From assembly GCF_018977255.1 (NCBI RefSeq), contig NW_024704742.1, positions 135,968,001 to 136,032,000 on the forward strand: a DNA stretch of 64,000 bases, given 5' to 3'. The number at the start of each line of letters is the position of its first letter. The stretch's first letter is position 1. Below are positions 11,666-23,567 of the stretch, one piece after another. Source of the stretch: Callorhinchus milii (taxonomy: Eukaryota). A model generated the notes under the pieces. It saw nothing but the letters and a program-made list of their open reading frames with translations. It did not search any database and was not told the DNA's origin. A program made the position numbers and the translations under genes.

Positions 11666-12953
11666 ACATCTGTAAATGCTTCACAGGATTTACTGTTAAG
11701 TGCAGAATTTACTGACTGTATTTTATAGATGTATTGTGTAGGTGAACACAGCAGCCAATACTGCTACATCCCACAAACAGCCATGCAGTGAGTGACTGAT
11801 TTTACCTGGGGGTTTGTTGGTCAGGACACTGGGAGAAACTCCCTTCTCTTTTCCAGCCCCAACAACATGGGATGTTTAACGTCCACCCAGGCACTGACGG
11901 GGCACCTTGTTTTAAACTCTCATCCAAAGGACAGCACCTCAAACAACACCGCTGTCCCCCAGCAACACGCTGGAGTGTCAGCCTGGATTGGGATTGTGAG
12001 TCCCAATGTATAGGCGCTTGAATTGAGAGGCGGGAGGGGGAGTGACTGAGCCGGGCAGCCTGTGACTTGGGACTGTCGATCTTCACAATCAAGTCGCTCC
12101 ATATGGTTATAAACAATTTACACCTGGTTTACGATGACCTCTCCCACACCCACACCTATCCACCCACTCACACACCCACCCACCCACTCACATACCCCCC
12201 CCCCACACACACACACCCACACCGCTAAACAAACTGTATTCTGGGCTACTTTCAATCTGCATAGTCCATGTTTGTGCAGAATATATTGCTGCGTGATGGA
12301 GAGATGGAAAAGTAGGTGTAAACCCTCTGAATCATGATCCCAAGCGAAGGGCTCAGTGTAAATGTAGTTGTATTTCACACTTGCCAGGCACTGTGTTCTC
12401 TTGTGAGAGGTGTCGTCCTTTCTTTCAGTGAACATTTCTGTTTTAAAAACCCAGGTGTCAGACACGTTTGTGAGTTCAGAGTGTGCAGGAACAGTAATTG
12501 CTTCAGACCATGCTATTAGTTCAGCCTAATGTCATGTGAAAGGACTGCAGAGCCACTTCAATCCCAAACCTCTCAGGCTATCTCTCTGTGTGATTCTCTT
12601 CACACTGTGAACGTCAGTGTCGGGGTAGCTTTCCAGCTGATGCCAAGCACACCATTCGTACACAAGTGAGCCTACGAATAAAAATCTTAAGTCAACGGGC
12701 AGCTTGGCTCAGTCACTCTTTCTCTCTCACGCTTCTTGGGTCAGGGGGTTCAATAACAACAGCAACTTGCATTTGTAGCACCTCTCAGGCAGGGCAGGAT
12801 CCTAGAGGGCTCGACAGTCAGTATTGGAGCATGTCCTGTGACCTGAAGATGGGGAAGGAAGGGGCAAGGTGGAGGGATTGAGGGATAGAGTTCCGGATTT
12901 TGGGGGCGTAGCGGCTGAAAGTGTGGCCGCTGATAGTGGAATGGAGGGCATGA

Positions 12954-13172
12954 GTCTCATCAGTGCCGCTTCTATTAAAAGGTTAATAGGCGCTGCATTC
13001 TATTTAACTGTCAGGTGTGTTTAAAAGTATTTCCTGGGCGATGTTAATCACAGCTCCCTTCGGAGCCACCAGGAAGCCAAGCGAAGGAGGACGCACACAA
13101 CGGTCACAGGCAGTCACAGTTTGTGCATTCGATCTGCCCGGGAAATACCCATTATTATAATTAATACCATTA
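12954..13172 (+). repeat. Left arm of ~220-bp inverted repeat (partner 14153-14382)
   Basis: GTCTCATCAGTGCC...TTAAAAGTATTTCCTGGGCGATGTTAATCACAGCTCCCTT...GCGAAGGAGGAC...CCGGGAAAT aligns to the reverse complement of 14153-14382. The peptide PKGAVINIAQEILL appears in opposite-strand ORFs at both sites. Confidence 0.92.
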
Positions 13173-13819
13173 TTAATCTGAGACGTGCTGAGCGCTGCAA
13201 CATACAGTGGCAGTGACCGTGGTAATTGACACAGCCACACGCAGGAGGCTGGAGCCACTTGAGCAGAGATAAGGAGGGGTAGTGGGTTGAGGAGAAAGCA
13301 GGACAGAGGGATATGGGGCAGGAAGGGATTTGAAGACGAATGAAAGGAGCTTGAAATTGGGTTCAAGCCCTTACATCGCGACTTTGAGCTCACAGTCCAA
13401 GTTGACGCTCGAAATGCACTGACAAGTGTGACCGCAAAACACACGCACACCTGCAGGCACAAACAGTGTGCACACAAGAACGCAATCACACGCTCACGCG
13501 TGCAATGCATACGAACCACTCATCAGCAAACGTGCACACAACCTGCGCAGCATGCGAATTGCGCACACGAGCCTGCCCACAAACTGTCCAAACTCTCAAA
13601 GGTTGCTCCCAATGTCCTGGCCTACAATCCACTTACTAATCTTGGCTGTTAGTGGGACATTGCTGTGGGCAAATTGGTGGCCACATTGCCCAACCAACAC
13701 ACAGCCTGCAACTTGACAGAAACTCGCCTGCGAAACTGCACCGCTCAGTATCTGAATAAAATGCCAAGATTATTACCATTGTTTGCTTTACCAGTCAGCA
13801 GACCTCGGATTAACATAAC

Positions 13820-14150
13820 AAGAACAAATTACATTTGTGCAGCGTCTTTCGTGTCAGGAGGAGGTCCCAAGGTGCTGGACAGTCAGGGATTCGGACCCGA
13901 ACGTGGGGTTAGAATCAGGAGAGGTGGAGGGTAGGGGTAGGAGGGTGACCGCAGGCAAGGTCAGAAAGGAGGGTCGTGAGACTTGCCTTGGAGGAGGCAA
14001 GGGATGAAGCCAGGTAAAGTAACTGTGGGATGGAGTTTCAAAGGGTGGGGGCAGAGAGGCTGAAGGCCTGACCTTCGATGGTGGGGTAGGCTGGGCTAGG
14101 CTGGGGATGTGGAGCGGACCGGACCCCACTGAGCAGAGCGAGCAGACAGG
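13820..14150 (-). mobile_element. L2 LINE 3' fragment
   Basis: Reverse L2 tail and purine-rich 3' region. Confidence 0.8.
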
Positions 14151-14152
14151 AT

Positions 14153-14382
14153 GATATGGTGATAATTATGATAATAGCTGCCTCCTCGCCATTTCCCGGC
14201 CAGACTGACAGCACTAACGGAGTGACTGTTGGTGTGTCCTCCTTCGCTCAGCTTCTGGAAGGTTCCAAAGGGAGCTGTAATTAACATTGCCCAGGAAATA
14301 CTTTTAAGCACACTTGACAGATGTTTAGTTAAATGGAATGGAGCGGGCATTAACATTTTAATAGTAGGGGCACTGATGAGAC
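14153..14382 (-). repeat. Right arm of ~220-bp inverted repeat (partner 12954-13172)
   Basis: ATTTCCCGG...GTCCTCCTTCGCT...AAGGGAGCTGTAATTAACATTGCCCAGGAAATACTTTTAA...GGCACTGATGAGAC. Confidence 0.92.
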
Positions 14383-14751
14383 ACGTCGATGCGATATTAC
14401 CCACTGTATAGGGGTGTTTTGTCATGGTAATGTAATTAATCTTACAGAATAATAATAATGACTGTGTTTTTGTGCTCATTTTGAGTGATAATGTACTTTA
14501 CTTAATTTAATATTCATTTGAGCTCAAACACTCCAATACCGATGCTTTGCTCGGCTCTTGTCCCTATAATAGATGTACGCTCCATTTTTGTCTCATGTTA
14601 TGAAAGCTTAATTACCTTACATGATTTTTTTCTTCCACGAGCTATCTAACCAAATTCGGCCCAAGGGAAGGCTGAGGCTATCTGGGATGGGTTACCCATG
14701 TAGATAGCTTTCTTATCCCGCCAACAAAATAGTTCCCGTATCTACATGATA

Positions 14752-15128
14752 GAGTCCCATAGTCTAGTGGTTAGTGCACTCGCCTTGCAAGCAAGAGGAC
14801 CAAGGTTCGATTCCCAGACGGGGCGAAACCTTAGGCATGTTTCCTTACCCCAGGTGCCTCTGTTTATCTAGCAGTAAGTAGGAACTCAATTGTTAGTCGC
14901 TTTTCAGGGGTAATAATCCCTCAAAGGGTATTGGCCGGTACCCAGAGGAACTCCTTTCTCTATGAATTGGGTCACTCAATCCATTACTGCTGTGCACAAT
15001 TGGCTGCCGTGTTTTGCCAGCAAACTACACAGTTAATCCACTTTACAATATATGCTGTGAAGCGCTTTGAGACGTCTCAACGACGCGATAAGGCGCTATA
15101 TCAAATGCAAAGAATATTATTATTATTT
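14752..15128 (+). mobile_element. Full-length tRNA-headed SINE
   Basis: Head, GGTTCGATTCC B-box, core, tail. Confidence 0.9.
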
Positions 15129-16014
15129 TAACAGCCTTGGAAGATATTTTAACATCACTGCTGAAAAGATAGACGGGACCTTGATTTCATAAAATTATTT
15201 TAAAAAATAATCCGGGAATGACATCTCAATGCTCTTCACAGGATTTACTGTGAAGTGCAGTGACTGTGTGTTTTGTAGGAAAACACAGCAGTCAATTTTG
15301 TTCACAGCAAAGTCCCACAAACAGCCATGAACAATTTTATCTGGCGGACTGTTGGCTGGGACACTGGGAGAAACTTGCTTCTCTTTTCCAACAGCGCTAC
15401 GGTGTCTTTAACGCCCACCTGAATCTCAAATGAGCTGTAGATAGATTTCGGGGGAAGGGAAGGAGCTGAGCTCTCTCTAACGTTATCTTATGGTTCGACT
15501 GAAAATACTGTAAGTATTGTTCTAGGTTTACTTTATCAACATATCTTAGAATTTTATACACCTCTGTGAGGTTCCCCTGAGGTCTCTCTTTAGAAGAGTT
15601 TTACATCTTCACTCATATTGTTGTATAAATAATAGTAATGACTCTTGAATTTGACACAGTGCCTTATCATGTCTTCATGACGTCTCGAAGCGCTTCACAG
15701 AATAGACTACATTTTGGGGCAAAACGTGGCAGCCAATTGCGCACAGTCGTGGATTGATTGACCAATTTATTGTTATTATTTTTTTTTCTCCCCCACCCCA
15801 CACCCTCCTGAGGCAGATCAATGGGTCTGTTCAATAGAGAGTTGGATAGATTCTTGGAAAGTAAGGGGTGTTAAGGGGTGTGGAAGGGAAAGGTAGGGGA
15901 AAGATAAGATACAAAGATCTGCTATGTTCTGGAGGGCTGAATGGCCTCCTCCTATTCCTAGCTGGCTATGAAATGATCTCAAAACAGAACAGCAGCAGAT
16001 TAGTTCTGTGCAGT

Positions 16015-16340
16015 TCTATAGCTTAGTGGTTAGAGCACTCGCCTCGCAAGCGAGAGACCCGGGTTCCATTCCCAGGCAGGGCAAAACCTTGGCCAAGTTT
16101 CCTTACTTCACACGCCTGATAATAATCCCTCAAAAAAAACAATAATAAATTGGTTACTTCAGTCCACGACTGTTTGTGGGACACTGCTGTGCGCAATTGG
16201 CTGCCGCATTTCGCCCACAAATATATTGTCAATTCACTTTATGGTATATTCTGTGAAGTGCTTTGAGACGTCTAGAAGAGGCGAAAAGCGCTATATCAAT
16301 TGCAAGGATTATTGTTATTATTTATTATTATTTTTATTAT
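16015..16340 (+). mobile_element. tRNA-headed SINE, short (internally deleted) type
   Basis: CACACGCCTGATAATAATCCC junction lacks the ~55-bp CTGTTTACCTAGCAGTAAG segment; CAGTTC occurs at both ends (possible TSD). Confidence 0.9.
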
Positions 16341-17139
16341 CAGTTCAGCCTCGAACAGACAGCAGATAATGCCAGGCTAAATAGGTTTGAGAATCCATTC
16401 AAAAGGGAAGAATGGTTAAGGAATTATCATCCCTTATTACGGAATCCTTTAAGATATACTTCAAATCACACTTCATTGGAACTCGCTCTTCCCCCACTCC
16501 AGCAATGTTTTCACAGAACCGAGCGGAAAGTGACAGGCGAAGAGAGTTATTCATTAAAGCTGAGGCTTTGGTCAGAGGCGGAATTGAAAAATGTATTAGG
16601 AGGCATATAAAGGGCTTAGTAAACAATCTGAGGATGCTTTATTCTGGATTTGTAGAAAGGTGAAAGGGTTCAACCAAAGATTTCATTTCAAACTCGACTG
16701 GAAGGTGACCTCAACAACTTATATTTACATAGCGCCCTTCACGCACAATAACGTCTCAGTGCCCTGTATAGTGCCACGGTTAGATGCCAGGGTTAGATGC
16801 CAGGGTTAGTCAATCCTCTGTAGTAGTCCAGTTACTGAGCCAGGCAGGTACGCATTACTCCAACAACAACTTGCATTCAAATACAACTTGCAGTCACCGA
16901 TTGTGGCACAGAGAGCACGAGGGACAAGCAGGAGGTCAGAGCCAGTTGAGCGGAGGCAGCGAATAGTGGGTTGGGGAGTGAGCAACATCTCAGAGCACTA
17001 TATAGTGTTTAGTGCCAGAGTTGGACACCAAGCAACAGAGAAGTAATCAAGCATTGAGTCAATTCTCTGTGGTGGTCTCGGAAGTCCTGTTACTGACCCA
17101 CACAAGTCCACGATACGCCAGGGCATTACTGATGACAGA

Positions 17140-17712
17140 CCAACAACAACAACTTACACTTGTATAGCTTCACATCAGAGGGATGTCCCAGGGTACTAGA
17201 CAATCGGGGGTTTTGGACCCATGCTGGGAGTTGGGGTCAGAAGGGGAGGGAGGCGTTGGGGGTTGGGGGGTGAAGGTGGGAGGGTGGTCGAAGGCACGGT
17301 CAAAGAGGAAGGTCTTCAGACGGAACTTGATTGGGGCAAGAGGGAGTGAGGCGGAGGGATTTCAGGATAGAGTTGCACAGTGTGGGGGCAGAGATGCTGA
17401 ATGCCCAATCACCATTGGTGGGGCGGGAATTGCGAGGGACTTGAATAGGCTGGTGTCGGCCAAGCAGGTTATGATATGGGGTTATGAGGTCTGAGAGGTA
17501 TTGGGGAGCAAGACCGTGGAGGGGCTTAAAGGTAAGAACAAGAAATGGGGAGCCAGTGAAGCCGAGCAAGAATGGGTGATAGGTTCCCAGAGTCTGGTGC
17601 GGGAGAGGACACGAACTGTCTGAATAACCTGCAGTTTGTGGAGGGAAGAGTTGGGCAGTCCAGCGAGTAGGCAGTTGGCGTAGTCAAGCTGAGACGTAAT
17701 GAAATCCAGGCC
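17140..17712 (-). mobile_element. L2 LINE 3' fragment
   Basis: FITSQLDYANCLLAGLPNSSLHKLQVIQ and FKPLHGLAPQYLSDL; (TTG)n tail. Confidence 0.88.
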
Positions 17713-17735
17713 ACTTGGGGGTAGACCAGTCACAG

Positions 17736-18043
17736 GGGGTAGAAATTCTTCCCACTCAATCCTGTTAACCTTGCAGTGCTAGACAGTGATTTACCTGACG
17801 AGCTACGCGGTTTTAGTTGGTTAGACTCCGGCAGTACTCCGACACCAGCTGTATCCCACACACCATGGGATTCCCCCCCAAAGACTTGGCTCTTGCCAAC
17901 CTGCGCCTAATACTTTCCGGAATTCCATGCGCAGGCTGCAGCCGTGCGGGGAAAGAGTGCGCGTTCCATTCTAAAAAATGGGAATTTCCTTGTGTAGGTG
18001 GGATGCACAGCATTGGAGTACTTGACCTCTCAATCTTCTCACC
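17736..18043. repeat. Unclassified old dispersed repeat (one of at least 6 copies)
   Basis: TTGCCAACCTGCGCCTAATACTTTCCGGAAT and TGTGTAGGTGGGATG are shared with 9640-9815 and, inverted, with 19855-20350 and 30435-30560. Confidence 0.7.
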
Positions 18044-18141
18044 CAGAAAGGCGAGAGTATGACCGACTCACACCCAAAGCCTTGAAGTAGCCGTTCCCTT
18101 TAGGAAAGGGGCTCTCTTCCCTTCTCCTTTCTTGCCCCCCC

Positions 18142-18510
18142 ATAATAATAATAATCCTTGCATTGATATAGCACCTTATCACGTCTTCAAGATGTCAAAG
18201 CAAATGTAAAGCGAATTGACTGCATTTTGTGAGCAAAATACCATAGCTAATTGTGCCCGGTAGTGTCCGAAAACAGTCGTGGATTGAATGACCAAATTAT
18301 TATTATTTTTATTTACATTATTTGATTTGAAGGGATTATTATTCCCAGAAAGCTATCCGCCAAAGAACTAACAATTGGGTTTCTACTTAGAGCTTGGTGA
18401 ACAGAGGGGTTTGGAGTAAGGAAACTTGCAAAGGTTTCGCTCTGCCCGGGAATCAAACCCAGGTCCTCTAATTTACGAGTCGAGTGCTCGACCACTGAGC
18501 TACAGGACTT
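18142..18510 (-). mobile_element. Full-length tRNA-headed SINE
   Basis: Reverse head ACCACTGAGCTACAGGACT; tail at left end. Confidence 0.88.
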
Positions 18511-19099
18511 CACACACAATGAGGAGGAAGGTGGGGAGTTCAGTGTAAGGAAATTGAATGCTTTGGATTAAAGGTTGTCGAAACGAACTCGAGACCTTGT
18601 GAAGAGTGCGAGTTTATCGCTACTGTAATCCCGGCCTTCCCTGAAACATATGCTGCTGAATAATGTACTAATCCCCCTACCGCACCATACAATGGAGAGA
18701 CAGAAAATATATAGATGTGTTTTAATAATAAAAGCCTTAGATTTGATACTGCGCCTTTTATGTCGGGCGGACGATTCGAAGTGCTTCACAAGATTTACTG
18801 TGAAGTATAGTGACTGTATTTTGTAGGCAAACACAGCAGCCAGTTTGTGTGCAGCAAAGTCCTACGCAAAAAGCTGTCGAGTGAGCGACCAATTTTATTT
18901 GGGGGATTTGTTGGCCAGGATACCAGGAGAGAGAATGTCCCTTCTCTTTTCGAATACTGCAGTGCCTTAACTAGCGTCTAATTCACCAACAGATGGAAAC
19001 AATCTATCACTATTCAATCTTGTCTTAACCATACATAGTCAGTCTGGTTCAGTTAGACTCTTGCCTCTATCAGAAGGTTATGAGTTCATGGGGCACATC

Positions 19100-19475
19100 A
19101 ACAATAGCAGCGACAACAAATTATATTTGTATAGCACTTCATATCAGGAGGACGTCCCAAGGTGCTGGACAGTCAGGTATTTGGACCCGAGTTGGGGGTT
19201 GGGGTGGAGGGGTGGAGGGCAGGAAGGGTGGGGGTAGGAAGGTGCCCCCGAAGGTGCGGTCGAAGAGGAGGGTCTTGAAATGGCCCTGGAGGAGGCAAGG
19301 GAGGGAACGAGGTGAAGGGACTGTAGGATAGTGTAGGGGACAAAGAGGCTGAAGGCCCAACCGCTGATGGTGGGGCAGGTCTGGCGAGGGAAGTGGAATA
19401 GGCCGGAGCCCACTGAGCGGAGGGAGCGGAGAGGTCTATATGGGGTTAGCAAGTCACAGAGGTCGGGGAAGAACA
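19100..19475 (-). mobile_element. L2 LINE 3' fragment
   Basis: LLTPYRPLRSLRS and GWAFS motifs, L2 tail. Confidence 0.85.
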
Positions 19476-19854
19476 GGCTTTACAATGGAGAGGTGGGGAG
19501 GATTAGTACATTAATCCCCCCACCTAACCTTCTCAATTGTGGTGAAAAATACCAGGAATCCCCCCATATAAAATATCCAAGTTGCCTTTCCAGCTTGAAG
19601 TTCATACCCATCAGGTCTGGAAGGTTGTACTGTCACTCACATCAAGTTTCGCTGTAACTGTGATTTTTTCTTTATACCAAGGATGGATCGCCACTCATTC
19701 AGAATATTAATTCATCTCAAAATAAGGCTCCTTTATAGCTGTGAGATCTTTCTGAGAGCTTGGGAAAGATTTACAGCTGGAGATCAGGGACCTGACTGAA
19801 TTTGTGTATTAAATCTTAAAGATGGCAATGATAATTTCTGACGCTCACTGTGTA

Positions 19855-20350
19855 TTTTATTTTGATCAGTCTGGTGTCTGACACGAGCGGAAATCCATCA
19901 CCGTGCTTAAGAGTATCCAAACCAGATTCCATACATCGCATATTGAAATTCCCATTTATTGGAAGGGAATGCTCACTCTGTCACCGGAGAGATATTCTTG
20001 AAGGAGGCAAGGGTCACTCTGTTACCGGAGAGAAATTATCATGGGCACTCTGTTACCTAATTCCGGAATGTAATGAGTGCAGGTTGGCAAAAGCCAAGGC
20101 TTGGGGAACCCAGAGTGTGTGTTGGGCTAACTTCTGGAGTTAACCGTAACACTGCATAGCTTGCCATTGAAAGCACTGTCTGGGAAGCTTTCCCGCTGCT
20201 TGTCCAACTAGGACCAACCCTATAACAGTACAATTCACATTAAATTATCACCTTGCACCTTGGAAGAATGTCTCAAAAAGCTATCGGGCATCCTCCCCAC
20301 TGGATTTCGCTTGTAGGGTTAACAAGAGCTGAGTGGGAAGAATCTCTGCC
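19855..20350. repeat. Unclassified old dispersed repeat, longest copy
   Basis: GTCTGACACGAGCGGAAATCCATCACCGTGCTTAAGAGTATCCAAACCA matches 2450-2512, 30440-30500 and, inverted, 29810-29870. Its right end matches 17740-17930 inverted. Confidence 0.7.
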
Positions 20351-20359
20351 AGTCCTGCC

Positions 20360-21157
20360 AATAATAATAATAATCCTTGCATTTGATATAGCGCCTTATC
20401 ACGTCTTCGAGATGTCTCAAAGCGCTTCACAGAATATACTGAAAAGTGAATTCATTGAATATTTTGTGAGTGAAACGCGGCAGCCAATTGCGCACAGCAG
20501 TGTCCCACAAACAGCTGTAGATTGAGTGACCAAATTATTATTATTTTTATTTATTCTTTGAAGGAATTATTACCCCCAATTGACTAACAACTGGGTTCCT
20601 ACTACTGCTAGGTAGTAGGAGTCCTGTAGCTCAGTGGTTAGAGCACTCGCTTTGCAAGTGAGAGACCTGAGTTCAATTCCAGGCAGAGGGCGAAACTTTG
20701 GGCAAGTTTCCTTACTCCACACAGAGCCTAATAATAATCCCTCCAAAACCAAAAACAATAATAAATTGGTCATTTTCAATCTACGGCTGTTTGTGGGACA
20801 TTGCTGTGCGCAATTAGCTGCCGCGTTCGCCCACAAATATACAGTCAATTCACTTTACAGTGTGTTCTGTGAAGCACTTTGGGACGTCCTCCTGACGTGA
20901 AAAGCGTTATATCAAATGCAAGGATTATTATTATTATAGGTAAACAGAAGCGTCACAGACTTAACTTTCGCTATTGTGGTGAAAAATCGCTCCTTATAAA
21001 ACATCCAAGTTGCCTTTCCAGTTTGAAGTTCATACCCTTCAGGTCTGGAAGCTTGAACTTGTGGACAAAGCAAACTTGCCCAACATTTTACTCTGCCGGG
21101 AATCGAACCCAGGTCTCTCGCTTGCGAGGCCTCTAACCACTGAGCTAAAGGCCTCCA
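20360..21157 (-). mobile_element. Full-length SINE split by two later insertions
   Basis: Tail and core at 20360-20612, resumes at 20938-20955, head at 21063-21157. Confidence 0.85.
20617..20937 (+). mobile_element. Young short-type SINE nested in an older antisense SINE
   Basis: Near-identical to 25978-26307, 47978-48292 and 58013-58325; TAGGTA on both flanks. Confidence 0.93.
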
Positions 21158-22302
21158 CAATAAAGCCAGGCTGACTGGTTTAGCATCAGCAGTGCCCTGG
21201 AGTACTGCTGACCCACCTGGCTCAGGAACCAGACGAACAAAACCACTGCAAAGGGTTGGATTTGATTCCAATAATTTGCTGCCATTCAGTTCTGTGAGGA
21301 GGTGGTTAAGTTATACATTCGATCTCTTTTGGAATGTATAAAATATTTAACAGTAAAGATAAGGTAAAAACCACGGCATGACTTCAAAGCCGAGCAAGTT
21401 AGCGCCCGCAGGATATAACTGGAGATGATTGAAGAGCAAAGGGATATCAACGGGGAGCAGAAAAATCCTTGACAACTTGTAGCTCGGAAAAACATTTTTT
21501 CCCACACTTCTACAAATATTTAAAAAGAAAAAAATATGAATGTTCCAGAGTGTTCGAGAGGTAAGGCAACCTTCAATCCACAACTGTTTGTGGGACACTG
21601 CTGCCGCGCAATTTGCTGCCGCATTTCGCCCACAAAATATACAGTCAATTCACTTTACGGTTTAATATATTCTGTGAAGCGCTTTGAGACGTCTCGAAGA
21701 CGTGATAAGGCGCTATATAAAATTCAAGGATTATTATTAAATAAAACTCCTGAGCTGTATGGTTGTATGGTCTGCTCTTAGTCAGAATGCTGTGAGTTCA
21801 AGCCCCAGTTTTAAGAGTTTGAACTCACAAACTTGGGCTGAGTGCAATACCGCGGGGGCTTCACCTTGTCGAGGTGCTGATGAGATGAGATGTTAAACTG
21901 AGGTCCCGTCTGTACAGGTGGATATTAAAGATTCAAGGGTGCAATTGAAAAACATCATTCACTTTCATGGCTGTTTGGGGATCTCGCTTTGCGCGAATTG
22001 GCTGCCACATCCACAGGCAGTTACAAGACTTTAATCCTGTGAAGCATTTGTGACAAATTTCCTGACAGGAGAGACGCTAAATCAAATGCAAGGATTATTA
22101 TTAGCAGTGGTATTATTAACACAGAAGTGTGAAGAGGTTGGAGCAGGAAGAAAGGCTTTGGAGTTTATTTTAAATGGTGGAAATGCAGCAAACGTTCCTA
22201 AAGGTTATTACTTTTACATGAATTTCCGAGTGAAATTATGCCTCCAATAACAATATTGTATATTAAATTAAATATTGAATTTATTATTTATTTTCATGGC
22301 AT

Positions 22303-22658
22303 TATCCTGTAGCTCAGTGGTTAGAGCACGCCTTGCAAGCGAGGGAGCTGGGTTCGACTTAAGGGCGGGATGAAACTTTAGGCAAGTTTCCTTCCTCCAC
22401 ACACCTCTGTTTACCTAGGAATAGGTAGGAACGTGGTTGTTTGTCGATTGGAGGATCGCTTTTCCTGGGGTAATAATTCCTTTTAAAAAAAAATTGGTCA
22501 CTCAATCCACAACTGTTTGTGGGACACTGCTGTACCCAATTGGCAGTCGCATTTCGCCCACAAAAATACACTACCGTGTATTCTGTGAAGCGCTTTGAGA
22601 CGTCTCGAAGAAGTGATAAGGCGCTATATCAAATGCAAGGATTATTATTGTTATTATC
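22303..22658 (+). mobile_element. Full-length tRNA-headed SINE
   Basis: Head, body, core, tail. Confidence 0.9.
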
Positions 22659-22659
22659 A

Positions 22660-23567
22660 CTGTTCTCTGACTGTGTTTGTTATTCTAAGTCCCTTCTGTC
22701 TGTTGGACATCAAGTCCTGGATGAGGGCAAATTTCCTACAGTTGAATGTGAACAAGACTGAGGCCCTCCTGATTGCCTCGCGCCAACGCCTCAGCACCTC
22801 AGGCTCTGGCAGCATCAACCTCCATGGTTGCACACTACAACTCACCGCCAGTCAGGAACCTCGGTGTCTTGTTCAACCCTCAACTGTCTTTTCTCCCCCA
22901 CATTCAAGCCATGACCCGCTCTGTCTTCCCTCACCTCCGTAACGTCGCCCGACTCTGCCACTACCTCACTCCTCAGGCCGCTGAAACTCTTGTTCATGCC
23001 TTCATCACCGCCCTGCTTGTCAGCCTTCCCAACTCCCCCCTCCGCAGGCTGCAGATAATCCACAACTCTGCAGCCCATGGCCTCTCCCGCACCAAACTCC
23101 GTGACCCCATCTCCCCCACTCTCACCCGACTCCATTGGCTCCCTATCCTTCAGTGGATCCAGTTCAAGATCCTGGTCCTCACATACAAAGTCCTCCATGG
23201 CCTCGCCCATCCTACCTCTGAGACCTCCTAACCCCCTACCAACCCGCCCGTCCCCTCCGCTCAGCCGGCTCTGGCCTACTCCATGTCCCCCGACCCACCC
23301 GCCCCACCATTGGTGGGAGAGCCTTCAGTCACTCTGCTGCCCCCAACCTCTGGAATCTTATCCCCCAGTCACTCCCCCTCCTTAGCCTCCTTCAAGTCCT
23401 GCCTCAAGATCCTCCTCTTTGACCATGCCATCGGCCACCCCCCTTCCCCTCCCCTCCCTTCTCCCTGACCCCAGCTTGGGTCTGAAATGCTGTACTCTGT
23501 CCAGCGCCTTGGGATGTCCTCCTGACGTGAAAGGTGCTATTCAAATGTAATCTTATTGTTGTTGTTG
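22660..23567 (+). mobile_element. L2 LINE 3' ~0.9 kb (RT C-terminus plus tail)
   Basis: CLLDIKSWMRANFLQLNVNKTEALLI; VRNLGVLF...AETLVHAFIT...RLHWLPILQWIQFKILVLTYKVLHGLA; (TTG)n tail. Confidence 0.92.

Noticed and set aside
14366..14400. Hammerhead core CTGATGAG at the end of the inverted-repeat arm
   Set aside because: Followed by GACACGTC-GATG rather than GAAA, with no stem I/III, and the other arm is truncated at this point.
16263..16663. Overlapping ORFs in unique sequence as a hidden exon
   Set aside because: They start in a SINE tail, show no recognisable domain, and the DCC exons on either side already join in frame.
21005..21055. Hammerhead on the minus strand of the 90-bp direct repeat (CCAGACCTGAWGGG...GGAAA)
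   Set aside because: Both copies have G instead of the invariant A9 and stem II does not close next to GAAA; better explained as a plain hairpin.
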